The notes beneath the pieces were generated by a model that did not search any database, was not told the origin of the DNA, and saw only the letters and a list, made by a program, of their open reading frames with translations. A program made the translations under genes and the position numbers. Below are positions 1 through 10,434 of a stretch of DNA of 64,000 nt, piece by piece. Numbering within the stretch: position 1 is the first letter of the stretch; every line of letters begins with the position of its first letter. The stretch comes from a bacterium (lineage in GTDB: Bacteria; UBA8248), in assembly GCA_963692865.2 (NCBI GenBank), contig OY843592.1, positions 1,568,001 through 1,632,000 of the forward strand, read 5' to 3'.

Positions 1-65
1 AAATCCACTATCTGTTTATTTTTGGGATGATTCGACAATCCCCGCATAAAGGACGCTTCTCGGGC

Positions 66-1028
66 ATGGAAGCATATTTCTCGACTTTTCCCATCTGGGC
101 GAATTTCATATTCTTCGCCGCGGGTCTCCTCATCATCACGAAAGGCGCGGACTGGTTCACCGACGGCGCCGTGGGCGTCGCCGAGATCACGGGAATTCCC
201 AAAGTGGTCGTCGGCGCGACCCTGGTGAGCCTGGCGACGACGGCTCCCGAATTCAGCGTCTCCGTCATCGCGGCCTGGCTGGAGCATCCCGCCACGTCCG
301 TGGGCAACGCGGTCGGCTCCACCATCTGCAACATCGGTCTCATTCTGGCGGTGGCGTTCCTGCTCGATTCCGTGCCGCTCGCCCGTGAAGATGTTCTGCC
401 GAAGGGCTTTTTCATGCTGATGCTGGGCGTGCTGATCGTTCTGCTGGGCTGGGACGGGAAACTTGCCCGGGTGGAAGGAGCGGTTTTGTTCGCCCTGGCG
501 CCCGTTTATCTGTGGTTCACCATGAAGCGTGGCACATGGTCGGATTTCGATTTCGCGAGCGCGATGATCGACCGGGAGAAACAGCACGTCGGGCTGCGGT
601 TCATCGCCGGCTCGCTCGCGGTCGTTTTCGGCAGCGTGCTGCTCGTCCAGAACGCGGCCCATCTGGCCCGCGCCATGGGCGTTCCCGAACTGGTCATCGC
701 CCTCACGCTCGTGGCGATCGGCACGTCGCTGCCCGAACTGGTCACGGCGGTTTCCGCGTCTTTGAGCGGGCACGGGGACATGGCCGTGGGCAACGTGCTG
801 GGCGCGAACGTCCTGAACATCGCGTGGGTTCTGGGCGGGGCGTCGCTCATCGCGCCCCTGGGCATCGAGCGGCAATCGTTCGTTCTGGATTTCCCCTTCA
901 TGCTCTTGATGATGGCCGCGTTCGTTCTTCTCGCCGTGTGGAGGCGCAGGCTCGGGCGCGGCGCGGGGCTCGCGCTCCTGGCGGGGTACGTGTGCTATCT
1001 GGCGCTCATGCTCGCCTGGTTCGTTTGA
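66..1028 (+). CDS. Calcium/sodium antiporter (YrbG/CaCA family)
   Basis: Hydrophobic protein with two alpha-repeat motifs (ATTAPE..GNAVGSTICN; GTSLPE..GNVLGANVLN); ATG at 66 chosen, ORF is open from 27. Confidence 0.9.
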   Translation: MEAYFSTFPIWANFIFFAAGLLIITKGADWFTDGAVGVAEITGIPKVVVGATLVSLATTAPEFSVSVIAAWLEHPATSVGNAVGSTICNIGLILAVAFLLDSVPLAREDVLPKGFFMLMLGVLIVLLGWDGKLARVEGAVLFALAPVYLWFTMKRGTWSDFDFASAMIDREKQHVGLRFIAGSLAVVFGSVLLVQNAAHLARAMGVPELVIALTLVAIGTSLPELVTAVSASLSGHGDMAVGNVLGANVLNIAWVLGGASLIAPLGIERQSFVLDFPFMLLMMAAFVLLAVWRRRLGRGAGLALLAGYVCYLALMLAWFV

Positions 1029-1133
1029 AGACCTCCGGCCCGGAAAACAATTTTCGCTCGCCGCCGTTTGCCGGTATATTGGGGGTCGGTTTTTCGGGAT
1101 TGTATTTCGGTGTTCGCAGAGAAGAGGAATGAG

Positions 1134-1988
1134 ATGGACGTGAAAAAGATATTCGCGCTCAGCGCGGCGGTTCTGCTCCTCGGCGGCCTCGGCGCCGAAG
1201 GGGCGAGCAAGAAAACCGGCCCCTCCAGGAAAGATATGGAGCAGGTCGTGGTCGAGGTGAACGAGAAGAAAATCACGCTGGGAGAAATCGAGGCGAGGCT
1301 CAAACGCCTGGCTCCCGCCGTGCGCATCCGCATCCGCAAGAACAAGGGGCGGTTCCTGGAAGGCCTCGTGCAGGGGGAACTCCTGTATCAGGAAGCGGTT
1401 CGCCGAAAAATAGGCGAGTCTGCCGAGATACGGCAAAGGGTCGAGCGCCTGAAGCGGAGACTCGTCATCGAGGAATTCCTGAAACGCGACGCGGAGGCGG
1501 CGGGCGCGTCCGAGCAGCAGTTGCGCGACTTCTTCCTCGCCAACAAGGAGCGGTTCCGCCGCAGGGAGTCGGTCACCCTCGCCCATATCGTGCTCAAAAC
1601 CGAAAAAGAGGCGTGGGACGCCGTCGCCGAATTGCGCAAGGGGACGCCTTTCGCGCAGGTGGCGAAGCGGCGCTCCATCTTCGAGTCCACGCGCGATTCG
1701 GGCGGGATGATGGGAACGGCCGAGCGGGGGGCGTTGGACAAGGCGCTCGAAGACGTGGTCTTCAAACTGCCCATCGGCCAGCCGAGCGAGCCGATTCGCA
1801 CCTCCGTCGGCTGGCAGGTGATACGGGTGCTCGAGCGCATCGGGGCTGCGGATGCGAAGTATGAGGACGTGGAGGACGACGTGAGGCTCGTATATTCGGA
1901 ACTCAAGCGAAGCGAGAGGTACGAGGGGCTGCTCAGGCGCCTGCGCGAGGGAGCGAAAATCAAGGTTCACGCGGACCGGTTCAAATAA
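1134..1988 (+). CDS. Exported parvulin-type peptidyl-prolyl isomerase (PrsA/PpiC-like)
   Basis: Signal peptide followed by [31 protein letters not shown] rotamase motifs. Confidence 0.85.
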   Translation: MDVKKIFALSAAVLLLGGLGAEGASKKTGPSRKDMEQVVVEVNEKKITLGEIEARLKRLAPAVRIRIRKNKGRFLEGLVQGELLYQEAVRRKIGESAEIRQRVERLKRRLVIEEFLKRDAEAAGASEQQLRDFFLANKERFRRRESVTLAHIVLKTEKEAWDAVAELRKGTPFAQVAKRRSIFESTRDSGGMMGTAERGALDKALEDVVFKLPIGQPSEPIRTSVGWQVIRVLERIGAADAKYEDVEDDVRLVYSELKRSERYEGLLRRLREGAKIKVHADRFK

Positions 1989-2103
1989 ACCGGCGGGCGG
2001 GCGGCGTCGCGCGCTATTCACATTTTTTCCACAGTTTCTCCCCCGAAGATGCACGAGCTATCCACAAGAAATTGTGCTTTTGACCCAAAAAAGCGTTGAC
2101 GGA

Positions 2104-2119
2104 GCACTATATCTTGTGG
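2104..2119. promoter_or_regulatory. NrdR box upstream of dcd
   Basis: GCACTATATCTTGTGG matches the NrdR consensus acaCwAtATaTwGtg; lies just downstream of TTGACG (2096-2101). Confidence 0.6.
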
Positions 2120-2385
2120 TTATATGGTTTCCCTCGAAACATGGTGAGCAAAAAGAATGCCAGGCGCGTCTCGCTCGTTTCGAGCCTGAGAAGCGCTTGC
2201 GGATCGCCCCCGTTTCGGGCGGACAGGGGTGGTCATCTGGGGGTGGGGGGAGTTGGTCTCCTCTCGCCCCCAGATATTATGCGTCCGGGTATTTCCACCG
2301 CCGACGCGCGGCGCTTCACGTATCTCCGGTTTCGGATGGAGCCGGGGGTTTTCGCCTCCCGCCCGGGAGGGTCGAGGTTCACGCG

Positions 2386-2940
2386 ATGTCGATAAAGTCG
2401 GACAAGTGGATATCGAGGATGGCGCGCGAGCGCGGCATGATAGAGCCCTTCGAGGACAAGCAGGTGCGCGAGGGCGCCATCTCCTACGGCGTCTCCTCCT
2501 ACGGCTACGACATCCGCATCGCCGATGAGTTCATGATCTTCACGAACGTGAACTCCACCATCGTGGACCCGAAGAATTTCGACGAGCGCTCGCTCGTCCA
2601 CGTCAAGGCCGACACCTGCATCATCCCGCCCAATTCCTTCGCCCTCGCCAAGACGGTGGAGTATTTCCGCATCCCGAGAAGCGTGCTCACCGTCTGCGTC
2701 GGCAAGAGCACCTACGCGCGCTGCGGCATCATCGTGAACGTTACGCCCTTCGAGCCCGAGTGGGAGGGTTTCGTCACCCTCGAGGTGTCGAACACCACGC
2801 CCCTGCCCGCCAGAATATACGCGAACGAGGGCATCGCGCAGGTGCTGTTTTTCGAGAGCGACGAGGAGTGCGAGACCTCCTACGCCGACAAGAAGGGCAA
2901 ATACCAGAAACAACAGGGCCTCACCCTGGCGAAGCTGTAG
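2386..2940 (+). CDS. dcd: dCTP deaminase
   Basis: [43 protein letters not shown]. Confidence 0.97.
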   Translation: MSIKSDKWISRMARERGMIEPFEDKQVREGAISYGVSSYGYDIRIADEFMIFTNVNSTIVDPKNFDERSLVHVKADTCIIPPNSFALAKTVEYFRIPRSVLTVCVGKSTYARCGIIVNVTPFEPEWEGFVTLEVSNTTPLPARIYANEGIAQVLFFESDEECETSYADKKGKYQKQQGLTLAKL

Positions 2941-2954
2941 GCCATGTTGCATTT

Positions 2955-2980
2955 GTAGGGACAGGCCCCCGTGCCTGTCC
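2955..2980 (+). repeat. GTAG-footed REP-like palindrome (family C)
   Basis: GTAGGGACAGGC-ccccgt-GCCTGTCC; same family at 52467(-), 52983(-), 58012, 61991, 62536, 63727 and 63808(-). Confidence 0.75.
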
Positions 2981-3130
2981 AAGGTCGCGGCCCGCCCTTG
3001 TTTTTCCCTCCAAAACCCTTGTTTTTCTTTTCCCTTTTATGTTTCACGCTCCTGTTGTATGATGATCCCATCTTAGCCCGCCCGCAAAGCGGACTCTCCC
3101 GCTTCATCGATCTTCACGGGAGGCGTTCTC

Positions 3131-3616
3131 GTGCCCCAGGAACTCTCTCACGTCGACGGGCAGGGCCGCGCCCGGATGGTGGACGTCGGGGAGAAGGAGG
3201 TTACCCGCCGCGAAGCCGTGGCGCGCGGCCGCCTCGAGATGGCGCCCGAAACCCTGAATCTTATCCTGGCCGGAGGTATGCCCAAGGGCGACGTGCTGGG
3301 GACGGCGCGCATCGCGGGCGTCATGGCGGCGAAGCGGTGCGCGAGCCTCATCCCCATGTGTCATCCGCTGCGCATATCGAGCGTGGAGATGGAATTCTCG
3401 GCGGACGAGCCGCTCGGCCTGTTGCGCATCCAGGCCACCGTGCGCGCGCAAGACAGAACGGGCGTGGAGATGGAGGCGCTGACCGCCGTGAGCGTGGCGG
3501 GCCTGACCGTCTACGACATGTGCAAGGCGGTGGACAAGGGCATGGCGCTCTCCGATATTCGGCTGGTGAGGAAGACGGGCGGAAAGAGCGGAGATTTCAT
3601 TCTGGATGAAGCGTAA
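3131..3616 (+). CDS. moaC: Cyclic pyranopterin monophosphate synthase MoaC
   Basis: LSHVD..MVDVGEK..KGDVL..LIPMCHP..TGVEMEAL..YDMCKAVD..GGKSG. Confidence 0.97.
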   Translation: MPQELSHVDGQGRARMVDVGEKEVTRREAVARGRLEMAPETLNLILAGGMPKGDVLGTARIAGVMAAKRCASLIPMCHPLRISSVEMEFSADEPLGLLRIQATVRAQDRTGVEMEALTAVSVAGLTVYDMCKAVDKGMALSDIRLVRKTGGKSGDFILDEA

Positions 3617-3824
3617 GCATGTTCGGTGTCTTTATTTTTTGTGGGTGATACGTCCGACCCGCTCCCGCCCTTTGCCCGACACTGGAGGTGGAATGCCCCG
3701 AGCCGGGCGTTTCACGGTCGAAGGCGTTTTGGATTCCGCCTGAAATCACCACGAAACAAGGTTGTCTTAATATGCGATTGCTACTTTTACTGTTTATTCC
3801 TGAATATGGCGAAGGAAACATATT

Positions 3825-4904
3825 ATGAATGAAACCACCAAAAAGATGCCGGTGGAGACGATACCGGTGGAGAAAAAGGAGGAAACGAGCCGCCTGGGCC
3901 TGATTCTGGGCGCTCTGTTCATCGTTCTTTGCGGCGTCCTGGGCGCGGCGCTCGCCGAGGCCCTGCTCACGCCGGGCCGGATGGCCGGTCTGGCCGGAGG
4001 CGCCTTGACGGGCGTTTTGCTGCTGGCGCTCGCCAGGGAACTGGGCAAGCTCAAAGTCGGCGTTCTGGGCGGCGGGGCGGCCGGCCTGCTCCTGGGGCTT
4101 CTCGCCGCCTTGCTGGTCTGCGCTCTCATCGGCGAGGCGTTTGCGCAAAACGTCCGCCCCCTGGCCGCCGCGTCTACGGGTTTACTGTTCAGCGCTCTGG
4201 GCGTTTTTCTCGGCTCGTCGGCGGGGGGGCGGTATTCAACGCCTCTGCCCGCCAAGGGGCAAGACTCGGGCGCCAAGAAGCACCATCACGCCAAGATTCT
4301 CGACACCAGCGTCATCATCGACGGGCGCATCGCGGACATCTGCGAGGCGGGCTTCGTCGAGGGTCCCGTGGTGGTGCCCCAGTTCGTGCTCAAGGAATTG
4401 CAGCAGATCGCGGATTCCTCCGATTCCCTGAAGCGAAACCGGGGGCGCCGCGGCCTCGACGTCCTCCAGCGGATTCAGCAGAACCAGGACCTCAACATCG
4501 AGATCACCGAGATCGACTTCCCCCGCGTGAAGGAGGTGGACACCAAGCTCGTGCTCCTGGGCAAGGAGATATGCGGCAAGGTGATGACCAACGACTTCAA
4601 CCTGAACAAGGTGGCCGAGCTCCAGGGGGTGCGGGTGCTCAACATCAACGAACTGGCGAACGCGGTCAAGCCGGTCGTCCTGCCAGGCGAGGACATGAGC
4701 GTCTTCGTCATCAAGGAGGGCAAGGAGCACAACCAGGGCGTGGGCTATCTCGACGATGGAACCATGGTGGTGGTGGATCATGCGAAGCATCGCATCGGGG
4801 AGCAGATCCCCGTCTCCGTGACGAGCGTCCTGCAGACCACCGCCGGACGGATGATTTTTACGAAAATACGAGATGAATCCGAACTGTCGCGAACCGGCGC
4901 CTGA
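3825..4904 (+). CDS. Membrane-anchored PIN/TRAM domain protein (YacL family)
   Basis: N-terminal TM helices; [16 protein letters not shown] motif; C-terminal TRAM ([20 protein letters not shown]); typical position before ispD. Confidence 0.92.
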   Translation: MNETTKKMPVETIPVEKKEETSRLGLILGALFIVLCGVLGAALAEALLTPGRMAGLAGGALTGVLLLALARELGKLKVGVLGGGAAGLLLGLLAALLVCALIGEAFAQNVRPLAAASTGLLFSALGVFLGSSAGGRYSTPLPAKGQDSGAKKHHHAKILDTSVIIDGRIADICEAGFVEGPVVVPQFVLKELQQIADSSDSLKRNRGRRGLDVLQRIQQNQDLNIEITEIDFPRVKEVDTKLVLLGKEICGKVMTNDFNLNKVAELQGVRVLNINELANAVKPVVLPGEDMSVFVIKEGKEHNQGVGYLDDGTMVVVDHAKHRIGEQIPVSVTSVLQTTAGRMIFTKIRDESELSRTGA

Positions 4905-5637
4905 GCGCGCGCGCTCTTCTCCCGCATTGCCGAATCCCGACGAGGTGGCGGCGGTCGTTCCCGCCGCGGGCAGGGGCTTGCGCCTGCCCGGCTCGGTGGC
5001 GAAGCAGTTCAGAAGCCTCGCGGAAAAGCCCCTGTTCCATCACCCTCTTTTGCGGATCGCGCGCGCGCGGTTCGTGGGCCGGATCGTCGTGGCGATTCCT
5101 CCCGCCTCGGCTCCGCCCGATCTGCCCGACGGTCTGGATGTGCCCGTCGAGGTCGTCGAAGGCGGCGCGCGCAGGCAGGATTCGGTTCGAAACGGCCTCG
5201 CCGCCTTGGGGGAGGACGTCTCCTGGGTGGTCGTGCACGACGGGGCGCGGCCCCTCGTGACTTCCGAACTGCTTGAGAGGTGCCTCCTCGGCGCGGCGGA
5301 GACGGGCGCCGCGATCGCGGCCCTGCCCGTGGTGGATACGGTGAAGGCGGGCGACGCCGGGGGATTCATCCGGGCCACGCGCCCGCGCGAGGGCCTATGG
5401 CTCGCCCAGACGCCCCAGGTGGCGCGCCGCGAACTGCTCGCGCGCGCGATGGCGTGGGCGGACGCGAATGATTTCGAGGGAACCGACGAGGCGGCCCTGC
5501 TGGAGGCGGTCGGCGTGCGGGTGAAGCTTGTGGAAGGAAGCGCCGAGAACATCAAGGTGACGACGCCCGGCGACATGGCGCGCGCGGCGCGCCTGATGGA
5601 ACTCGAACGACATGCCGAAGCGGAGGCTTCCGCGTGA
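4873..5637 (+). CDS. ispD: 2-C-methyl-D-erythritol 4-phosphate cytidylyltransferase
   Basis: [39 protein letters not shown]; exact start uncertain. Confidence 0.93.
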   Translation: MNPNCREPAPERARSSPALPNPDEVAAVVPAAGRGLRLPGSVAKQFRSLAEKPLFHHPLLRIARARFVGRIVVAIPPASAPPDLPDGLDVPVEVVEGGARRQDSVRNGLAALGEDVSWVVVHDGARPLVTSELLERCLLGAAETGAAIAALPVVDTVKAGDAGGFIRATRPREGLWLAQTPQVARRELLARAMAWADANDFEGTDEAALLEAVGVRVKLVEGSAENIKVTTPGDMARAARLMELERHAEAEASA

Positions 5638-6116
5638 TTCGCGTCGGGGTAGGCTACGACGTCCACCGGTTCGAGGCGGGGCGCAAGCTCATACTCGGCG
5701 GCGTGGAGATCCCCTTTGAGCGAGGCCTCGCCGGACACTCCGACGCCGATGCCCTCATCCATGCGATGATCGACGCGCTTCTGGGCGCGGCGGCCCTGGG
5801 CGACATCGGCGCGCACTTTCCCGACACGGACGAGGCCTATCGCGGCGCGGACAGCAGGGAACTCCTCGCGCGAGTCGTTGCGCTGCTCGCGGAACGCGGC
5901 ATGAAGCCGAACAACGTGGACTCCGTGGTGGTGGCGCAAAGACCGAAACTCGCCCCCCATATCCCTGAAATGCGCGAGGTCGTCTCCTCCATTCTGGGAA
6001 TCCCGCCCGATCGGGTGGGGATCAAGGCGACGACGGGCGAGGGACTCGGCTTCACGGGGCGCGAGGAGGGCGTCGCCGCGCACGCGGTTTGCACGATCAG
6101 CGTGGATTCTCCTTGA
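5634..6116 (+). CDS. ispF: 2-C-methyl-D-erythritol 2,4-cyclodiphosphate synthase
   Basis: [30 protein letters not shown]. Confidence 0.97.
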   Translation: MIRVGVGYDVHRFEAGRKLILGGVEIPFERGLAGHSDADALIHAMIDALLGAAALGDIGAHFPDTDEAYRGADSRELLARVVALLAERGMKPNNVDSVVVAQRPKLAPHIPEMREVVSSILGIPPDRVGIKATTGEGLGFTGREEGVAAHAVCTISVDSP

Positions 6117-6209
6117 CGCCCATCGGCGCGGCATGACAAATTTCCCCCCGAACGCGACCCGAAGCGCATGTTTCACGCCTGGATACACGCCGATACCGGA
6201 GAAAGCCAT

Positions 6210-7673
6210 TTGGGCCTTCAGCTATACAACACGTTGACGAAGAAGAAAGAGCCCTTCGAACCCCTGGAAGCGGGGCGCGTGAAGATGTACGTCTGCGGGG
6301 TGACGGTGTACGATCACTGCCATCTCGGCCACGCGCGCGCCGCCATCGTCTTCGACGTGATCCACCGCTATTTCGAATACCGGGGCTATGAAGTCAACTT
6401 CGTGTGCAACTTCACCGACGTGGACGACAAGATCATCGCCCGCGCCCGGCGCCTCAAGATTCCCATCAATGAACTGACCGAAAAGTTCATCGGCGAATAC
6501 TACGCGGACATGGACGCGCTCGGCGTCCGGCGGGCGGACGCCGCCCCCCGCGCCACGGAGAACATCGAGGGCATGATCGAGATGATCGAGAAGCTCATCA
6601 AGAAGGGAATCGCCTACGAGATGGCGGGCAACGTCTATTACGATATCGGGAAATTCGCGGGCTACGGCAAGCTCTCGGGCCGCAACACCGAGGAACTGGA
6701 AGCCGGCCACCGCATCGAACCGGGCGAGGGCAAGCGCAACCCGCTCGACTTCGCCCTCTGGAAGGCGGCGAAGCCCGGAGAACCCGAGTGGGAGAGCCCG
6801 TGGGGGCCGGGCCGGCCCGGCTGGCACATCGAGTGCTCCGTCATGTCGAGCCGCTACCTGGGCGAGCGCTTCGACATCCACGGCGGGGGGGAGGACCTGG
6901 TGTTCCCCCACCACGAGAACGAGATCGCGCAGAGCGAGGGCTGCTACGGCCACGAGTGGGTGCGCTACTGGGTGCACAACGGCTTCGTGCAGATCAACCA
7001 CGAGAAGATGAGCAAGTCGAAAGGCAACTTCTTCACCATCAAGGCGATTCTGGAAGACCACCCCGCCGAGGTGATCCGCTACTTCCTGTTGGGGACGCAC
7101 TACCGGCATCCGGTGGATTATTCGGATCAGGTGGTGGGCGACGCGAGAAAGGGACTCGACAGGCTCTACAACGTGCGGCTCAGGCTCGCCGGAAGCGGCG
7201 GAGAAGACTTAGGGAGCTGGCGCGAGCGGGTGGAGGAGGCGGTCGCCGCCTTCCGCGCCCAGTTCGTTGAGGCGATGGACGACGATTTCAACACCGCGCG
7301 CGCCCTGGGCTATCTCTTCGATTTCGCGCGAAGGGTGAACGGCTTCATCAACGAGGCGGGGGCGCTGCCGGAATCCGCGGCGCAGCCTGCGCGCGAGGTG
7401 TTCGAAGAAGTGGGCGGGGTGCTCGGCCTGTTCGCCCGCTCGCCCGAGGAGTGGTTCCGAAACGCCGCGGGCGTCTCGCCCCCGGAAGGAGAGGGGGATC
7501 AAAACGGCGTCCTGCGCGACGAGGAGATAGAAGCGCTGCTCGAACGGCGCGCCGAGGCCCGGGCGAGCAGGGATTTCCCGGAAGCCGACCGCATCCGCGA
7601 AGAACTCGCGGCGGCCGGCATCGTTTTGGAAGACGGCCCAGGCGGCACCCTCTGGAAGCGCAGGGCGCCGTGA
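6210..7673 (+). CDS. cysS: Cysteine--tRNA ligase
   Basis: YVCGVTVYD..HLGH, DFALWK, PGWHIEC, FPHHENE, KMSKS; TTG start at 6210 after GGAG. Confidence 0.97.
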   Translation: MGLQLYNTLTKKKEPFEPLEAGRVKMYVCGVTVYDHCHLGHARAAIVFDVIHRYFEYRGYEVNFVCNFTDVDDKIIARARRLKIPINELTEKFIGEYYADMDALGVRRADAAPRATENIEGMIEMIEKLIKKGIAYEMAGNVYYDIGKFAGYGKLSGRNTEELEAGHRIEPGEGKRNPLDFALWKAAKPGEPEWESPWGPGRPGWHIECSVMSSRYLGERFDIHGGGEDLVFPHHENEIAQSEGCYGHEWVRYWVHNGFVQINHEKMSKSKGNFFTIKAILEDHPAEVIRYFLLGTHYRHPVDYSDQVVGDARKGLDRLYNVRLRLAGSGGEDLGSWRERVEEAVAAFRAQFVEAMDDDFNTARALGYLFDFARRVNGFINEAGALPESAAQPAREVFEEVGGVLGLFARSPEEWFRNAAGVSPPEGEGDQNGVLRDEEIEALLERRAEARASRDFPEADRIREELAAAGIVLEDGPGGTLWKRRAP

Positions 7674-7743
7674 CGACGCGCGCGGGCGAGGCCGAAGGTT
7701 GCGCGCGCGCCGGGTCTCATCCCGTCCCCGAAGAGCATAACCC

Positions 7744-8511
7744 TTGAAACCGAAACCCGAATACGTCTGCGGGGCGCACAGCGTGCCGGCGGCTCTCGCG
7801 CGCGGGCCGGAGCGGGTGAGGCGGCTCCTGATCGCGGATGGCCGCCGGAGCCGCCGGGTGGCCGAGGCGGCCCGTCTCGCCGAGGCGCTGGGTATTCCCG
7901 TCGAGGCGCTCGACTCCAGCCGACTCTCGAAATTGGCCGCCACGGCGCAGCACCAAAACCTGGTGGCGGAAGTTCATCCCACCCCGCTGCTCCCGCTCGA
8001 TGCTCTCATGGAAGCCCAGCCGGAGTCGGCGCCGCCGATTCTTTTGCTCGACGGGGTGCAGGACCCGCGAAACTTCGGCGCCATCCTGAGGAGCGCCGCT
8101 GCCCTGGGGGCGGGCGGCGTCGTCTGGCCGAAGGATAACGCCGTGGGTCTCACGCCCGTCGCGACGAAGGCGGCCGCGGGCGCGCTGGAAGTCGTGCCCC
8201 TCGCGCGGGTGACGAATCTGGCCCGCGCCGTCTCGTCTCTGAAAGAGGCGGGCTACTGGGCGCTGGCGGCGGACGCAGAAGGAGAGAAGACCCTGGGCGT
8301 CGACGAACTGCCCCGGCCCTGTTGTCTGGTCATCGGGGCGGAGGGCAGGGGCGTGCGGCCGCTCGTGCTCAGGAGTTGCGACGCGCGCGTGCGTATCCCC
8401 ATCGAGGCGGACGCCGTATCTTCGCTGAACGCCTCCGTCGCCGCGGCCATCCTGCTCCACGGCCTCCGTGAGACTCACGTAGATAGGATATCTGGAGGTG
8501 AGAAGACGTGA
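7744..8511 (+). CDS. rlmB: 23S rRNA (guanosine-2'-O)-methyltransferase RlmB (SpoU family)
   Basis: DGVQDPRNFGAILRS..GAEGRG..SLNASVA; follows cysS. Confidence 0.92.
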   Translation: MKPKPEYVCGAHSVPAALARGPERVRRLLIADGRRSRRVAEAARLAEALGIPVEALDSSRLSKLAATAQHQNLVAEVHPTPLLPLDALMEAQPESAPPILLLDGVQDPRNFGAILRSAAALGAGGVVWPKDNAVGLTPVATKAAAGALEVVPLARVTNLARAVSSLKEAGYWALAADAEGEKTLGVDELPRPCCLVIGAEGRGVRPLVLRSCDARVRIPIEADAVSSLNASVAAAILLHGLRETHVDRISGGEKT

Positions 8512-9371
8512 TTCAACCAACTGACTTTAACTTGAAAAGTCCGGCCGCAACCGAACCTTTGACTCGTTGGTTGATATCCAAAGCAACAAAAAGGGAGACA
8601 CTCACCTATGGAGAAGCAAGAGACCGTTTAGAAATAGAATGCGGTTTTGGCAGTATTGGCCAGGCATCGAAGATAGGGCCCATAGCGGAGGCAGCTCAGG
8701 AAAAAATACGCACACAAAACCCTTTAGCACCTGTCCTCAATGTGCTTCTTGTTCGAAAAGATACGAGAAAACCGGGCAGCGGTGCGCAAATACAGCTTTC
8801 CAAGCGCTTCCCCAGCAGGCGTTGGTTGAAGAAAAAGAATGCTCATGAACACCATCTTTGGGAACGTGTAGTTAATGAGGCGACTGAAGAGGTTTATGCT
8901 TATTCTGATTGGGAACGCCTCTATCAAAATGTCTACGAAAGAACTTATGAACCCGCTTTGTTCTACGCTGAGGAGGGAGCAAAGGGCGGTTTGCGACGTG
9001 GACGCGGGGGTGAGGGTAATAACCACAAAACTCTGCGATTATGGGTGAAGGGTAACCCGGGGCAGGTCGATAAGGAATTTCACAGTTTCAAAGCTCTGAC
9101 AGAAGTCGAACTCCTATCGGGAGACCGCGTCGACGGCGTGTTTTATGATAAGGGCAAAATTGTAGCCATAGAAGTCAAGTCCAGGGATTCGAATTGGGCC
9201 GATCTTCGGCGCGGCATTTACCAGTGCGTCAAATACAAGGCCGTCCTGCGCGCTCAAGACGACCGACTGCCCGTCGAATCATGGCTTGTTACCGAAACGG
9301 CGCTTGACGGCGATTTGAAAGCGCTCGCCAAAAAGCTGGGCGTTAAACATAAAAAAGTTTCACGATATTAG
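8508..9371 (+). CDS. Hypothetical protein: N-terminal winged-helix-like region plus C-terminal PD-(D/E)XK nuclease-like domain
   Basis: LTYGE..PVLNVLLVRKDTRKPGSG at the N-terminus; E..LLSGDRVD..AIEVKS..RGIYQCVKY at the C-terminus; GC much lower than the flanks. Confidence 0.65.
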   Translation: MIQPTDFNLKSPAATEPLTRWLISKATKRETLTYGEARDRLEIECGFGSIGQASKIGPIAEAAQEKIRTQNPLAPVLNVLLVRKDTRKPGSGAQIQLSKRFPSRRWLKKKNAHEHHLWERVVNEATEEVYAYSDWERLYQNVYERTYEPALFYAEEGAKGGLRRGRGGEGNNHKTLRLWVKGNPGQVDKEFHSFKALTEVELLSGDRVDGVFYDKGKIVAIEVKSRDSNWADLRRGIYQCVKYKAVLRAQDDRLPVESWLVTETALDGDLKALAKKLGVKHKKVSRY

Positions 9372-9445
9372 AATGGGGGCAATTTTCCTGCGAACCCCAA
9401 TCGCGCGCTCCTTGCCTTTCGTTCTCGTAAGGAGGATAAGGGGGG

Positions 9446-9474
9446 TTGACAAGGCGAGCCGGTGGGCCTAATTT
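9446..9474 (+). promoter_or_regulatory. Sigma70-type promoter of the tRNA-tuf cluster
   Basis: TTGACA-17bp-TAATTT, 15 bp before tRNA-Thr. Confidence 0.75.
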
Positions 9475-9489
9475 AACCCGCCTTTGCGG

Positions 9490-9565
9490 GCTGGCGTAGC
9501 TCAGCGGGTAGAGCAGCTGATTTGTAATCAGCAGGTCGGAGGTTCGAGTCCTCTCGCCAGCTCCA
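9490..9565 (+). tRNA. tRNA-Thr(TGT)
   Basis: Cloverleaf GCTGGCG/CGCCAGC; anticodon arm GCTGA-TTTGTAA-TCAGC; GGTTCGA; CCA end. Confidence 0.97.
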
Positions 9566-9730
9566 CGGCGGGACGCGCCTCCCGGACCTCGCCGGAGGAA
9601 TTCCCGGGGGAACTCCCCGCGTTTTCCCCATTCGGGCCTCGGTGGACATGGCGGCTTCGGGGAACGGATGGTTCCCTCGAAGTTTTTTTGATAGCCTTTG
9701 TGGTTGTTTTTGGGTAAATGACGGTTTTCG

Positions 9731-9815
9731 GGGGAGGTTCCCGAGTGGCCAAAGGGATCAGACTGTAAATCTGACGGCTCAGCCTTCGGAGGTTCGAATC
9801 CTCCCCTCCCCACCA
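9731..9815 (+). tRNA. tRNA-Tyr(GTA)
   Basis: GGGGAGG/CCTCCCC acceptor; CTGTAAA loop; long variable arm; CCA end. Confidence 0.97.
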
Positions 9816-9862
9816 GCAGATGAATTGTCGAGACGACCAGGACGCGCGCTTTGGGTTCAGAG

Positions 9863-9938
9863 GCGGGAATAGCTCAGATGGTAGAGCATCAGCCTTCCAA
9901 GCTGAGGGTCGCGGGTTCGAGCCCCGTTTCCCGCTCCA
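9863..9938 (+). tRNA. tRNA-Gly(TCC)
   Basis: GCGGGAA/TTCCCGC acceptor; CTTCCAA loop; CCA end. Confidence 0.97.
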
Positions 9939-10119
9939 GAATGATTCGAGGCTTTCGCCTTTTCTCGATATGAATTTTATTCGCGCGGATTTCGGCTCCC
10001 GGGGGTTGCTCCGGCCCGAATAAGCTGTATTATCCGCCCGGAACGAATGCCGGGGCGCAGGGTTCTCGGAGGTTGCTCCGGCTGAAACAAATGACGTTCG
10101 CGCGCCCGGGACGCAGCCG

Positions 10120-10195
10120 GCCCACGTAGCTCAGCCGGCAGAGCACTTCCTTGGTAAGGAAGAGGTCACCGGTTCAAGTCCGGTCGTGGGCTCCA
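10120..10195 (+). tRNA. tRNA-Thr(GGT)
   Basis: GCCCACG/CGTGGGC acceptor; TTGGTAA loop; CCA end. Confidence 0.97.
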
Positions 10196-10211
10196 GGGCG
10201 GGCGGAATCCA

Positions 10212-10240
10212 TTGAAATTTCGAGGGTCGTGCATTATTCT
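10212..10240 (+). promoter_or_regulatory. Candidate internal promoter for tuf
   Basis: TTGAAA-17bp-TATTCT. Confidence 0.45.
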
Positions 10241-10434
10241 GCAAACCGCATGAAACGCCTTGGAATCCCTCGGGTTCGCATGGTTTCCCTTTGGCGATGG
10301 ACAAGGTTTCGCCCGAGCGGGTATAAAGGCGCGTTTTCCGGGAGCGGCAAGAAAGAAGGGAAATGGTTTTTCTGCTCCGGAAGATGTAATTTTTTGATTT
10401 TCCGTTAGTTTTCAATAGAAGGAGAGTTCAGGTC

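Noticed and set aside
1989-2385. Replication origin at the DnaA-box-like cluster
   Set aside because: Only three imperfect boxes, no clear AT-rich unwinding element and no dnaA/dnaN/gidA nearby. Treated as regulatory instead.
3617-3824. Riboswitch or small gene (e.g. carD) between moaC and the PIN/TRAM gene
   Set aside because: No riboswitch consensus recognised and no credible ORF; the AT-rich part is probably just a promoter.
8500-10200. tRNA-integrated genomic island or prophage
   Set aside because: No integrase and no duplicated tRNA 3' end; the foreign-looking gene lies 5' of the tRNAs.
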